In this document: piece by piece, positions 1 to 7,702 of the stretch
Layout of the letters: each line of letters opens with the position of its first letter
Numbering within the stretch: the stretch's first letter is position 1
From: Elusimicrobiales bacterium
GTDB lineage: Bacteria > Elusimicrobiota > Elusimicrobia > Elusimicrobiales > UBA9959
Assembly (NCBI GenBank): GCA_023701245.1
Contig: JAMPXK010000002.1
Location: forward strand, 40,960 to 104,959
Direction of reading: 5' to 3'
DNA length: 64,000 bases
Notes under the pieces: model-generated
The model's input: only the letters and a program-made list of their open reading frames with translations
Databases searched by the model: none
Told to the model about the DNA's origin: nothing
Position numbers and translations under genes: made by a program

Positions 1-1
1 G

Positions 2-181
2 GACCGGGTGCTGATAGACAAAGACCTGGTCACCGTAGTGGATTTTAAAACAGGCAAAGAGAATACCAAAAAATACTCGGCCCAGATGAAGAACTACCTG
101 GCCATCATCTCCGAAGTCTACGCCCGCCCCGTCCGCGGTCTCCTCGCCTACGTGGACCTGAACAAGGTGGTGCCGCTGTGA
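2..181 (+). CDS. PD-(D/E)XK (RecB/AddB-type) nuclease family protein, C-terminal fragment; 5' end lies outside the window
   Basis: Frame is open from the window edge to TGA 179-181. ...VVDFKTGK...YSAQMKNYLAII... gives the D-x-K and Q-x3-Y nuclease core, in the same layout as the C-terminus of the 36035-38821 protein. Confidence 0.6.
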   Translation, partial: DRVLIDKDLVTVVDFKTGKENTKKYSAQMKNYLAIISEVYARPVRGLLAYVDLNKVVPL

Positions 182-837
182 AAGAGAAGGACCTGGTCTC
201 TATTCTCGGGCTGGTGGCGGCCAACCTGGTGCCGCTCGTTATGGTGCTGCTGGGGCGCTGGGGCGTGGCCGAGGTGCTGGTGCTGTACTGGGCGGAGACG
301 GGCGTGGTGGGGCTGTTCACCATCCTGCGGGTGCTTTTTGCGGGCGCCCCCATGCCGTACCATAAGCCGGTTACGTTCCAGCAGTTAAAGACCGCCCCCT
401 CGCATAAGACCCTGCCGCTTTTCCTGGCCGACTGGGGGCTTATAGGCAAGCTGCTGCTGTCGTTCTTCTTCTCTCTGCCTTATTTCCTTTTCATGTTCCT
501 GCAGGGCTGCGCTCTTTATCTTTTCCTGGAATTCGTAGCGGGTTACGGCTGGCCGGTGCAGGCGGTCAAGTGGGGGGTGCTGGGCCTGGTTATGGGGCAC
601 GGCGTCGGTTTTGTGAAGGGGTACCTGCTTTCCGGCGAGTTCCGCCGCACTTTCCCGGAACATTGCGTGGAGGCGCCTTTCCACCGGCTGGCTATTCTAC
701 AGACGGTGCTGGGCTGCGCCGGCTGGGTGTCTTATGAGTCGGCAGGCTACGCGGTTTTTCTTATGAGCGCTTTCGTAGTGGTTAAGACGGGTATCGAACT
801 ATATCCGCCCAAGAGTTATGGGAGGGGGTCTGTATGA
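178..837 (+). CDS. polytopic membrane protein, unknown function
   Basis: GTG 178 overlaps the upstream stop (GTGA). 219 aa with about six hydrophobic spans and no catalytic motif recognised. Confidence 0.6.
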   Translation: MKEKDLVSILGLVAANLVPLVMVLLGRWGVAEVLVLYWAETGVVGLFTILRVLFAGAPMPYHKPVTFQQLKTAPSHKTLPLFLADWGLIGKLLLSFFFSLPYFLFMFLQGCALYLFLEFVAGYGWPVQAVKWGVLGLVMGHGVGFVKGYLLSGEFRRTFPEHCVEAPFHRLAILQTVLGCAGWVSYESAGYAVFLMSAFVVVKTGIELYPPKSYGRGSV

Positions 838-1364
838 AGAAGGCTTTTCCTTTGAACAAGGTTTATTCGCTCTTGGAGTCGGGGCCGGTCATCATGGTGA
901 GCACGGCCTGGAAGAACAAGCAAAACGTGATGACCATGAGCTGGCACAGCATGATAGATTTCAACCCGCCGCTGGTGGGCTGCGTTATCAGCGACCAGAG
1001 CCTGACTTTCAAGATGATCAAGGCGTCGAAGGAATGCGTCATCAACATCCCTACGAAGGAGCTGGCGGGCAAAGCCATCGGCTGCGGCAATGTGAGCGGC
1101 ACGAAAGTGGACAAGTTCGCGTCCTTCAAGCTGACGCCCGTTAAGGGCAGCGCCGTGAAGGCGCCGCTGGTTAAGGAATGTTACGCCAGCCTGGAATGCA
1201 AACTTCACGACGCCCGCCTGGCCTCCAAATACAACCTCTTCATCTTCCGAGTCCTCAAAGCCTGGGTCGACCCCGCCAAGAAACACCCCGCCACCTTCCA
1301 TCATCGCGGCGGCCCCTCCTTCTTCATCGCCGGCAAGTCCGTTAAGTTAGGCAAGAAGTTATGA
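834..1364 (+). CDS. flavin reductase-like (FMN-binding split-barrel) protein
   Basis: ATGA overlap with the upstream gene. MVSTAWKNKQNVMTMSWHSMIDFNPPLVGCVI and GCGNVSGTKVDKF are typical of the flavin reductase domain family. Confidence 0.75.
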   Translation: MKKAFPLNKVYSLLESGPVIMVSTAWKNKQNVMTMSWHSMIDFNPPLVGCVISDQSLTFKMIKASKECVINIPTKELAGKAIGCGNVSGTKVDKFASFKLTPVKGSAVKAPLVKECYASLECKLHDARLASKYNLFIFRVLKAWVDPAKKHPATFHHRGGPSFFIAGKSVKLGKKL

Positions 1365-2164
1365 AATCGGCATTTTTGCCGGTACTTTTTGCCATCCTAA
1401 CGCTTCCAACAAAAAGCTTTGCTGCCTGGGGGATATCGGGTACCGGCGGGTACTGGGAAATGGACGCGAGGGATTTCGAGCTTTACGCGGACTACCGGAA
1501 AGCCAACGCGCCGGCCGAGTTCGGCTCCAAGATAACTCGCGGCAGTATCAGCAGTGATGTGAGCCTGTTCTATGAGACCAGCGGCGGGAAAGTGTTCAAC
1601 TATGGTCTTTCGGTAGGCTACGGCAGAGCTCCTGAAGTTAAGTATATGCGCTCGCAAGGAATTCCGGGCGTGTACAGAAGCTATAACACGGATGAGAACA
1701 AGACCACGGTTATCCCGGTCTTTCTTTATGCAAAGTGGGGGCCTGAAGAGGCGAAGTATAGGGCTTTTCTGGGTGCCGGAGCCGAATATCTCATGGCCAG
1801 GACCAGGACGAACGGTTATTACACTGACTTGGTTTCGCCCGCATCCAGTAATTCCTGGAATATAATGTTCAGAAAAAACAAGGTCATCCCCGGGATAGTC
1901 GCCGGAGGGGAATACTTTCTGTTTAAGAACTTTTCTCTGGGTCTGAACTTCAAATACCTGTTCTCGGGGAAGGTCGAGGATTTTCGCGGTAAAACCGGCG
2001 GCACTGAATATCGGCTGATAATGAGCAAGGCCTTTGCCTCCGATCTGGAGTACCTTAACGCCGTTGGGACCAATTACACGTTGCAAGCCAAAGACAGGCT
2101 TTTCGGCTATGACTATACGGGGCTAAGGGCCAACCTTACTGCCAGGCTATATTTCGGAAGATAA
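1361..2164 (+). CDS. outer-membrane beta-barrel-like protein, unknown function
   Basis: ATGA overlap. Signal peptide (LPTKSFA/AWG), alternating aromatic/hydrophilic strand pattern, followed by an intrinsic terminator. Confidence 0.6.
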   Translation: MKSAFLPVLFAILTLPTKSFAAWGISGTGGYWEMDARDFELYADYRKANAPAEFGSKITRGSISSDVSLFYETSGGKVFNYGLSVGYGRAPEVKYMRSQGIPGVYRSYNTDENKTTVIPVFLYAKWGPEEAKYRAFLGAGAEYLMARTRTNGYYTDLVSPASSNSWNIMFRKNKVIPGIVAGGEYFLFKNFSLGLNFKYLFSGKVEDFRGKTGGTEYRLIMSKAFASDLEYLNAVGTNYTLQAKDRLFGYDYTGLRANLTARLYFGR

Positions 2165-2231
2165 CGGGCGACGTGTGGGGTCAGGTCTTTACTTTTGACC
2201 TGGACTAGTGATCTGGCAGGTCACTATGGAG

Positions 2232-2262
2232 CCGCCGGGCGAGGGCCCGGCGGTTTTGTTTT
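2232..2262 (+). terminator. intrinsic terminator
   Basis: CCGCCGGGC-gagg-GCCCGGCGG stem followed by TTTTGTTTT. Confidence 0.7.
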
Positions 2263-2290
2263 GCGGGAAAAGGTAGCTGCTACCTTTTTG

Positions 2291-2325
2291 CCCGACAATA
2301 TGGTGTCGGGGGCGCCTGCTAGGCT
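2291..2325 (+). promoter_or_regulatory. candidate operator-promoter module: CCCGACA-N6-TGTCGGG, 6 nt, TGc, TAGGCT (copy 1 of 4)
   Basis: Palindrome 2291-2310 and extended -10 TGcTAGGCT 2317-2325. The ORF6N gene ATG is 21 nt after the -10 and has a G-rich SD. Confidence 0.55.
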
Positions 2326-2346
2326 ATTTGTGGGAAAGGGGGGCTT

Positions 2347-2850
2347 ATGGCTAAAGACATTGTTCCGCAGGAAATCTTGGCGAGCAAGATATTGATGATG
2401 CGCGGTCACAAGGTTATGCTGGACCGGGACCTTGCTGCGCTTTATGGGGTCGCCACGCGCGACCTGAATAAAGCCGTCTCGCGCAATAAGGAGCGGTTCC
2501 CGGAGGATTTCATGTTCCGCGTCGGGAAGAAAGAGCTCGAGAACTTGATGTTCCAAATTGGAACATCAAGTTGGGGCGGCACCAGGAAGGCGCCCTATGT
2601 GTTCACTGAACATGGAATATTGATGCTGTCGTCCGTGCTGAGAAGCCGGAGGGCGGTACAGGTGAACATACAGATAATGCGGGCGTTCACGAAGACACGT
2701 GAATTGCTGTCCACCCACGCGGAACTGAGGCGTAAGCTGGAGGAGATGGAGAAGAAATACGACCACCAGTTCGCGGCGGTGTTCGATGCGATAAAGAACC
2801 TGATCTCCGCGGAGGATAAGGACGTAAAGAAAATAGGCTTTACGGCCTGA
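2347..2850 (+). CDS. ORF6N (KilA-N-related) domain DNA-binding protein
   Basis: KVMLDRDLAALYGVATRDLNKAVSRNKERFPEDFMF is the ORF6N signature. The C-terminal part is helical and charged. Confidence 0.8.
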   Translation: MAKDIVPQEILASKILMMRGHKVMLDRDLAALYGVATRDLNKAVSRNKERFPEDFMFRVGKKELENLMFQIGTSSWGGTRKAPYVFTEHGILMLSSVLRSRRAVQVNIQIMRAFTKTRELLSTHAELRRKLEEMEKKYDHQFAAVFDAIKNLISAEDKDVKKIGFTA

Positions 2851-2851
2851 A

Positions 2852-4333
2852 TTATGCGCCGGGAGGGGCGCCTCCCAGGGTGAGGGATTCGGCGTTGAGG
2901 GCGGCCCGGAACTCCGCGTCGTGGGTGATGATGAGGAGGATGCCCTGGTAGGTGAGGAGGGCGGACTCCAAGGCGGTGATGCTGCGCAGGTCCTGGTGGG
3001 TGGTGGGTTCGTCCAGCAGGGCGATGTCGGCGCCGTAGACCAGGAAGCGGGCGAGGGCCACCTTTCTGCGCTGGCCTTCGCTGAGCGACTCCAGCGGCGA
3101 GAATAACAGCTCACCCTTGGCGCCCAGCTGGTCCAGCATGGTGCAGCCCGCCTGCAGATTTTCGCCTTTGAAATAATCCGCCCCCTTCAGTATGCCCGGC
3201 TCGGGCTGCCAGAACTGGGGCATGTAGAAGATCCTCGCCGACTTCGAGTGCCTTATCCGCCCCGTGTCCGGCTGCAGTTCCTTGGCGATAAGCCGCAGCA
3301 GCGTAGTCTTGCCCGCGCCGTTGCCGCCCTGCACGCAGAGACGCCCGCCCGCCTTCAGGTTGAAGCTCAGGTCCCTGAACAAAGCCCTGCCGCCAACGCT
3401 TTTGGTCAACTCCTCCACCTGCAGAAAAGCGTTTTCACTAGCCGGGAGACTCGGGTGGCGTACCTTTTCTATGAAAGGCTTCGCCTTTTGCAGTTCCTCT
3501 ATTTTCCGGCGGGCCCTTTCGGCCGCGCGGGCCGAACGCTTCTGCAGGCGGGCCGCCCGGGCGCCTATGAAGCCTTTGTCGAAGGCGCCTTTCTTTTCCT
3601 TTTCCTTCGCCGCGCCCCAGTTCATGTAGTTGCGCTCCATCTTCTGCAGGTTCGTGATCTCGCGCTCCAGCTTTTCCTTCTTCTTTTCAGCCAAGGCGAA
3701 AGCCGCGCTTTTCTGGGCGGCGTAGGAACTGTAATTGCCGCTGTAGGCGCGCAAAGTTTTGCGCTCCAGTTCCAGCACCTTGCTCACGCAGGCGTCCAGG
3801 AAGGCCCGGTCATGCGACACCACCAGGCAGGCGCCCTTGTAGTCCTTCACCGCCGCGGCCAGCCGCGCCATGGCCGTGCCGTCCAGGTAATTCGTAGGCT
3901 CGTCCAGCAGGTAGAGCGGCGGCCGGCGCAGGAAGCCGGCCATAAGCGCCAGCATCTTACGTTCGCCGCCGGAGAAACTCTCCACCGGCCGGTCCAGCTC
4001 CCGGGGATTAAAACCCAGCGCCGCCGCCTGCGCAATTACCTGCGGCCCCTGGTCCCAGTCGCCTGCCAGCCAGTCCAGCGCGCTCATGCCGCCGTTCGCG
4101 GTGTCTTCCTGTTTAAGCAGGAACACGCCTGCGGGGCGGGTTATGGCGCCCGTGTCCGGCTGCAGGTCGCCCGCCAAGAGGCGCAGCAGGGTAGTTTTGC
4201 CAGAGCCGTTGTCGCCCATAAGGGCGGTCTTGTCCCCGGCGTAAAGACGCAGGGACGCGCCGGAGAACACCTGCTCCGTGCTGTCAGGATAGGCGAAAGC
4301 CAGGTTCCTGGCTTCTAATAGAACAGTACCCAT
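2852..4333 (-). CDS. ABC-F family ATPase (two fused ABC domains, no membrane domain)
   Basis: Two Walker A sites (GDNGSGKTTLLRLL, GGNGAGKTTLLRLI), two signature motifs (FSGGERKML, LSEGQRRKVALA) and a basic ~75-aa interdomain linker. 493 aa, SD GGGAGG. Confidence 0.9.
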   Translation of the reverse strand: MGTVLLEARNLAFAYPDSTEQVFSGASLRLYAGDKTALMGDNGSGKTTLLRLLAGDLQPDTGAITRPAGVFLLKQEDTANGGMSALDWLAGDWDQGPQVIAQAAALGFNPRELDRPVESFSGGERKMLALMAGFLRRPPLYLLDEPTNYLDGTAMARLAAAVKDYKGACLVVSHDRAFLDACVSKVLELERKTLRAYSGNYSSYAAQKSAAFALAEKKKEKLEREITNLQKMERNYMNWGAAKEKEKKGAFDKGFIGARAARLQKRSARAAERARRKIEELQKAKPFIEKVRHPSLPASENAFLQVEELTKSVGGRALFRDLSFNLKAGGRLCVQGGNGAGKTTLLRLIAKELQPDTGRIRHSKSARIFYMPQFWQPEPGILKGADYFKGENLQAGCTMLDQLGAKGELLFSPLESLSEGQRRKVALARFLVYGADIALLDEPTTHQDLRSITALESALLTYQGILLIITHDAEFRAALNAESLTLGGAPPGA

Positions 4334-4463
4334 AGGAATACCTCCCGGGGTTTTACGAAATATTTAGGAAAGGCCGGCTGGGCCGGCGGCCGCGAACTGC
4401 TTAGAGGTTGGTTGAGTTGTCCATGATAGCACCGCTTTGGCGGCGGTACAGTTAAATTCTACC

Positions 4464-4497
4464 AAAAAATCGGGGCAGGTCCAGCTTTGGCCTGCCC
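4464..4497 (-). terminator. intrinsic terminator inside the ABC-F leader
   Basis: On the minus strand, GGGCAGG-ccaaagctgga-CCTGCCC followed by cgATTTTTT. It lies about 45-78 nt downstream of the predicted TSS and 130 nt upstream of the ABC-F ATG. Confidence 0.6.
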
Positions 4498-4547
4498 TCA
4501 GGGATCCTGCACTCCGAGTTGCTTATACTTGGGTAGGATCCTAGTAT

Positions 4548-4576
4548 ATTGTAGACCCCTGGCGGACAAATTTCAA
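4548..4576 (-). promoter_or_regulatory. sigma70-type promoter TTGAAA-17-TACAAT driving the ABC-F leader
   Basis: Minus-strand TTGAAA (4571-4576), a 17-nt spacer, and TACAAT (4548-4553). Confidence 0.6.
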
Positions 4577-4618
4577 GGGTACTTTGGCCCGCAAATGACG
4601 GCAAAAATGGGGTAGAAT

Positions 4619-5317
4619 ATGGGGGTTATGACCAACACCGAAAAGAAAGAGAAACCCGACCTGCTCAAGCAGATGTCCAGCGTGGTGAGCCACGAACTGC
4701 GCAACCCGCTGGCCATTATTTCCAATTCGCTTTATTTCATAAAGACCAAGCTGGCCGCCGGCGGGGCCGCGCTGGACCCCAAGGTGGTAAAGCACATAGG
4801 CGTCATAGAGAGCGAGGTAAAGCACAGCAACGACGTTATAGAACAGATGCTGGCTTTTACCCGCGTGCGGGAACTGCGCCTGGCGCATGCCGAGGTGAAC
4901 TCGGCCCTGGCCGACCTGCAGGAAGGCTACGTAGTGCCGGCCGGGATAACGCTGAAGGTGGACGCGGACCCGGCGGGTTCCTGCGTGAACGCCGACATGG
5001 AAGCCATAGGCTATGCCCTGCGCCGCGTGCTGGATAATGCCGTGCAGGCCATGCCCGGCGGCGGCACCGTAACCCTCGCCGCCTCCCAGGACGGCGAACT
5101 TGTACATTTTACCGTTACCGACACCGGTCCCGGCCTGCCCGCCGGCGACGGCGAGAAAGTTTTCGAGCCCTTCTTCACCACCAAGCCGCGCGGCGTGGGC
5201 CTGGGCCTTACCATTGCGCGCAAATACCTGGAGCAGCAGGGCGGCACAGCCAAAGCGCAGAACCTGCCCGGCGGCGGCGCGAAAGTCACCCTGTCGCTGC
5301 CTCTTTTCAAGGCCTAG
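4619..5317 (+). CDS. sensor-less histidine kinase (DHp + HATPase only)
   Basis: H-box SHELRNPLA plus N/G boxes (LDNAVQAM, DTGPGL, GVGLGL). There is no TM or sensor domain. TAGAAT 4613-4618 sits directly upstream, so ATG 4628 is an alternative (leaderless) start. Confidence 0.85.
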   Translation: MGVMTNTEKKEKPDLLKQMSSVVSHELRNPLAIISNSLYFIKTKLAAGGAALDPKVVKHIGVIESEVKHSNDVIEQMLAFTRVRELRLAHAEVNSALADLQEGYVVPAGITLKVDADPAGSCVNADMEAIGYALRRVLDNAVQAMPGGGTVTLAASQDGELVHFTVTDTGPGLPAGDGEKVFEPFFTTKPRGVGLGLTIARKYLEQQGGTAKAQNLPGGGAKVTLSLPLFKA

Positions 5318-5392
5318 CCTAGGACCAAAGACCAGGGGGCGCTGGGGCCAAAGCCTCATCCCATTCTTTGGGGGAAACTGTATAGTATAAGG

Positions 5393-6202
5393 GTGAAATC
5401 AAACACCTCTTTCATCCGTAACTTCTTTATCTTCCTTTCTTTGCCGTTCTTCACGGCCGCCGCTTACGCTCAAACGGCGGCTTTCGATTCCCTGCTGCAG
5501 GTCCCCGGGTTAGAGACCCTGGAAATAGCCGCACCGGTACCGGTGCAGGCCGAGACCTACCCGGACATGGAGCAGGACCGCAAGCCGGGCAAACAGCTTT
5601 CCAACGCGGGCGGCGAGCGCGTGCTGGACCTGGTGCGCTTCGAGCGGGACGCCAAGGCCAACACCTACAGGTGGGGCCAGATGCGGATAGAGGACGCCCA
5701 GTTGGAAGAAGTTTACTTCGGCTTCCGGTCCGCGAGCGTAGGCCACAATTTCATCATGTTCTCTTTCAAGGGCGGGGAGAAGCTCGTGGTGGAAGTGCTG
5801 CCCTGGAAAAAGAAGGGCGAGAAGTTCGACCCCATAGTGGCCGGCATGACCGGCAAATACGTCCTGGTGTGGAACATGGTCTCCTTCGACAGCTTCCTGG
5901 AGACCGCCGTGGGCCGCGATAACCTTTACGTGGACGTTTACCCCATGAAGCTTAGCCGCGAAGAGAAACTGCGCATGCTCGACGCCGCCATTGCCGAAGC
6001 CACCCGCGACTACGGCGGCGAGAAGTACAACACCATGACCAACTCCTGCAGCAGCAACGCCCTTAAAGTTTTCGCCAAGGCCACCGGCCACCACCTGGTG
6101 ATAGCCCGCATGCTGCCTTCCGTGGTCATAAAGCACCTCAAAATGCGCGGCTTCCTGGGCGAGGCCCTGCACTACGATACTTCAAACTGGCAGGGTAAAT
6201 GA
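5393..6202 (+). CDS. secreted protein, unknown function (weak DUF4105/Lnb-like hint)
   Basis: GTG start and signal peptide FIFLSLPFFTAAAYA. The C-terminal YNTMTNSCSSNALKVF resembles the Y-x5-N-x-C motif of DUF4105 proteins. The family call is weak. Confidence 0.55.
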   Translation: MKSNTSFIRNFFIFLSLPFFTAAAYAQTAAFDSLLQVPGLETLEIAAPVPVQAETYPDMEQDRKPGKQLSNAGGERVLDLVRFERDAKANTYRWGQMRIEDAQLEEVYFGFRSASVGHNFIMFSFKGGEKLVVEVLPWKKKGEKFDPIVAGMTGKYVLVWNMVSFDSFLETAVGRDNLYVDVYPMKLSREEKLRMLDAAIAEATRDYGGEKYNTMTNSCSSNALKVFAKATGHHLVIARMLPSVVIKHLKMRGFLGEALHYDTSNWQGK

Positions 6203-6239
6203 CCCACTTGGATTAGCTGTTCCAGTAAGGAGACAGTAT

Positions 6240-6878
6240 ATGAGAAAAATTATCCTTAGTTTAGCCGCGTGTTTAATTTGGACTCCGGCTTTTGCCCAGC
6301 AGGGGCCGACCGAAGGCCTTAAAAAGGCTGCCGGCCTGGACCAAGTGCAGGTAACTGCGGTGCAGGCGCCGGTCGCCGCGGCCAGGGCTCCGGCACCGGA
6401 GCTGGCCATGAAACGCGAGGTGAAATTCCTTTACGGTAAAAGCGCTGACAGAACTGCCCGCGGCTGTACCGTTAAGGACCAGAGCGGCAGTATAGAACCC
6501 TGGGAATGCCGTAATTCCGCCGGGAAATGGCGCTGCTACGCCGACGTGGAAGTGAACGGCAAGCCTTTCCGCATAAATGGCGCCTGCGCCGAAAGCCTCG
6601 GAGATTGTTTCTGGAGCGGTTCCGCCGCGGTGAAGGACCCCTGCGAGTCCATAGAGGACAACGGCGGGATAACGCCGCCCCAGCCAGGGGATACCTGCCG
6701 GGTGACCGACCAGAGCGCTACCATAGATTCCTGGGCCTGCCGCGACGCCAAAGGTTCCTGGCGCTGCTACGCGGACGCGAAAATCAACGGCAGCACCGTG
6801 CGCATCTACGGCGCCTGCACCGATTCCATGTCCGAGTGCTGGTCCAGCGGCGTCCTGGCGGTAGATCCCTGTAACTGA
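6240..6878 (+). CDS. secreted cysteine-rich protein with two tandem ~60-aa six-Cys modules
   Basis: Signal peptide LIWTPAFA/QQ. The modules at aa 76-135 and 153-211 align almost residue for residue (C..DQS..I..W.CR...G.WRCYAD...NG...RI.GAC..S...C..SG..AV.PC). Confidence 0.7.
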   Translation: MRKIILSLAACLIWTPAFAQQGPTEGLKKAAGLDQVQVTAVQAPVAAARAPAPELAMKREVKFLYGKSADRTARGCTVKDQSGSIEPWECRNSAGKWRCYADVEVNGKPFRINGACAESLGDCFWSGSAAVKDPCESIEDNGGITPPQPGDTCRVTDQSATIDSWACRDAKGSWRCYADAKINGSTVRIYGACTDSMSECWSSGVLAVDPCN

Positions 6879-6944
6879 CGGTTTTGCGTTTTGCGCGCCG
6901 ACCGCCGGGCTTGCCCGGCGGTTCTGTTTTTGTAAAATAAAGCT

Positions 6945-7619
6945 ATGGATGATAATGTTGCTAACGAAGTTTTTAACCGAACCGAGGCCCAGGGCGAGAT
7001 CATAAGCGACGGGGCCTATAACCTTACCATGGGGCTGGTGCTGGTCTGGGGCTTCATGGTGAACTGGTGGATGGTAAAGACCATCCCTGCTTCCGCCATA
7101 GCCGGCGTACCGCCGCTCTTGTTCTTCCTGAGTTACCTGGCCTGCTGTTTCCTGGGCGTGTACCTGTTCAATAAGTCGCAGAACCCGGCGGTAAGCTTCA
7201 TCGGCTACAACTTGGTGGTGATCCCCTTCGGCTTCGTCATCAACGTGGTGGTGGCCCGCTACGACCCTTCTCTGGTGCTGGAGGCCATGCGCATAACCGG
7301 CACGGTGGTGGCAGGCATGATGGTGCTGGGCTCGCTGTTCCCCGCTTTTTTCAAGCGCATCCACGGGGCGCTCACGGCGGCGCTGCTGCTGGTGATAATA
7401 GTGGAGCTGGTGGATATTTTCTTCCTGCACAAGGATCCCGGCTTCATAGACTGGATAGTGGTGGCCATTTTCTGCGGCTATGTGGGTTATGACTGGGGCC
7501 GGGCCAACAGCATTCCGAAGACCGTGGACAATGCCGTGGACAGCGCCGCTGCCCTGTACATGGACATCATCAACCTGTTCCTGCGCATCCTCAAGATCCT
7601 GGGCCGGCGCCGGCGCTAA
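6945..7619 (+). CDS. Bax inhibitor-1/YccA family membrane protein
   Basis: Seven hydrophobic spans and the characteristic tail AAALYMDIINLFLRILKILGRRRR. Confidence 0.75.
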   Translation: MDDNVANEVFNRTEAQGEIISDGAYNLTMGLVLVWGFMVNWWMVKTIPASAIAGVPPLLFFLSYLACCFLGVYLFNKSQNPAVSFIGYNLVVIPFGFVINVVVARYDPSLVLEAMRITGTVVAGMMVLGSLFPAFFKRIHGALTAALLLVIIVELVDIFFLHKDPGFIDWIVVAIFCGYVGYDWGRANSIPKTVDNAVDSAAALYMDIINLFLRILKILGRRRR

Positions 7620-7654
7620 CGACGACAAAGTTCTGAACCGCGCTTGGCGCGGAT

Positions 7655-7685
7655 AAAAAAGCCCCGGGGCGGCCCGGGGCTTTTT
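7655..7685. terminator. bidirectional intrinsic terminator
   Basis: AAAAAA-GCCCCGGG-gcgg-CCCGGGGC-TTTTT between convergent genes. Confidence 0.75.
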
Positions 7686-7702
7686 CCTTGGCAGGCGGAG
7701 GG

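Noticed and set aside
2848-2854. Convergent stop codons of the ORF6N gene and the ABC-F gene separated by a single nucleotide, with no terminator between them.
   Set aside because: This is real but probably just compaction. No structure or motif is visible, so I do not treat it as a feature beyond possible transcriptional interference.
6273-7628. 451-aa minus-strand ORF spanning the Cys-rich protein gene and the BI-1 family gene.
   Set aside because: It crosses the intergenic region and promoter of two well-supported plus-strand genes, and its composition is His/Gly/Ala/Arg-rich junk.
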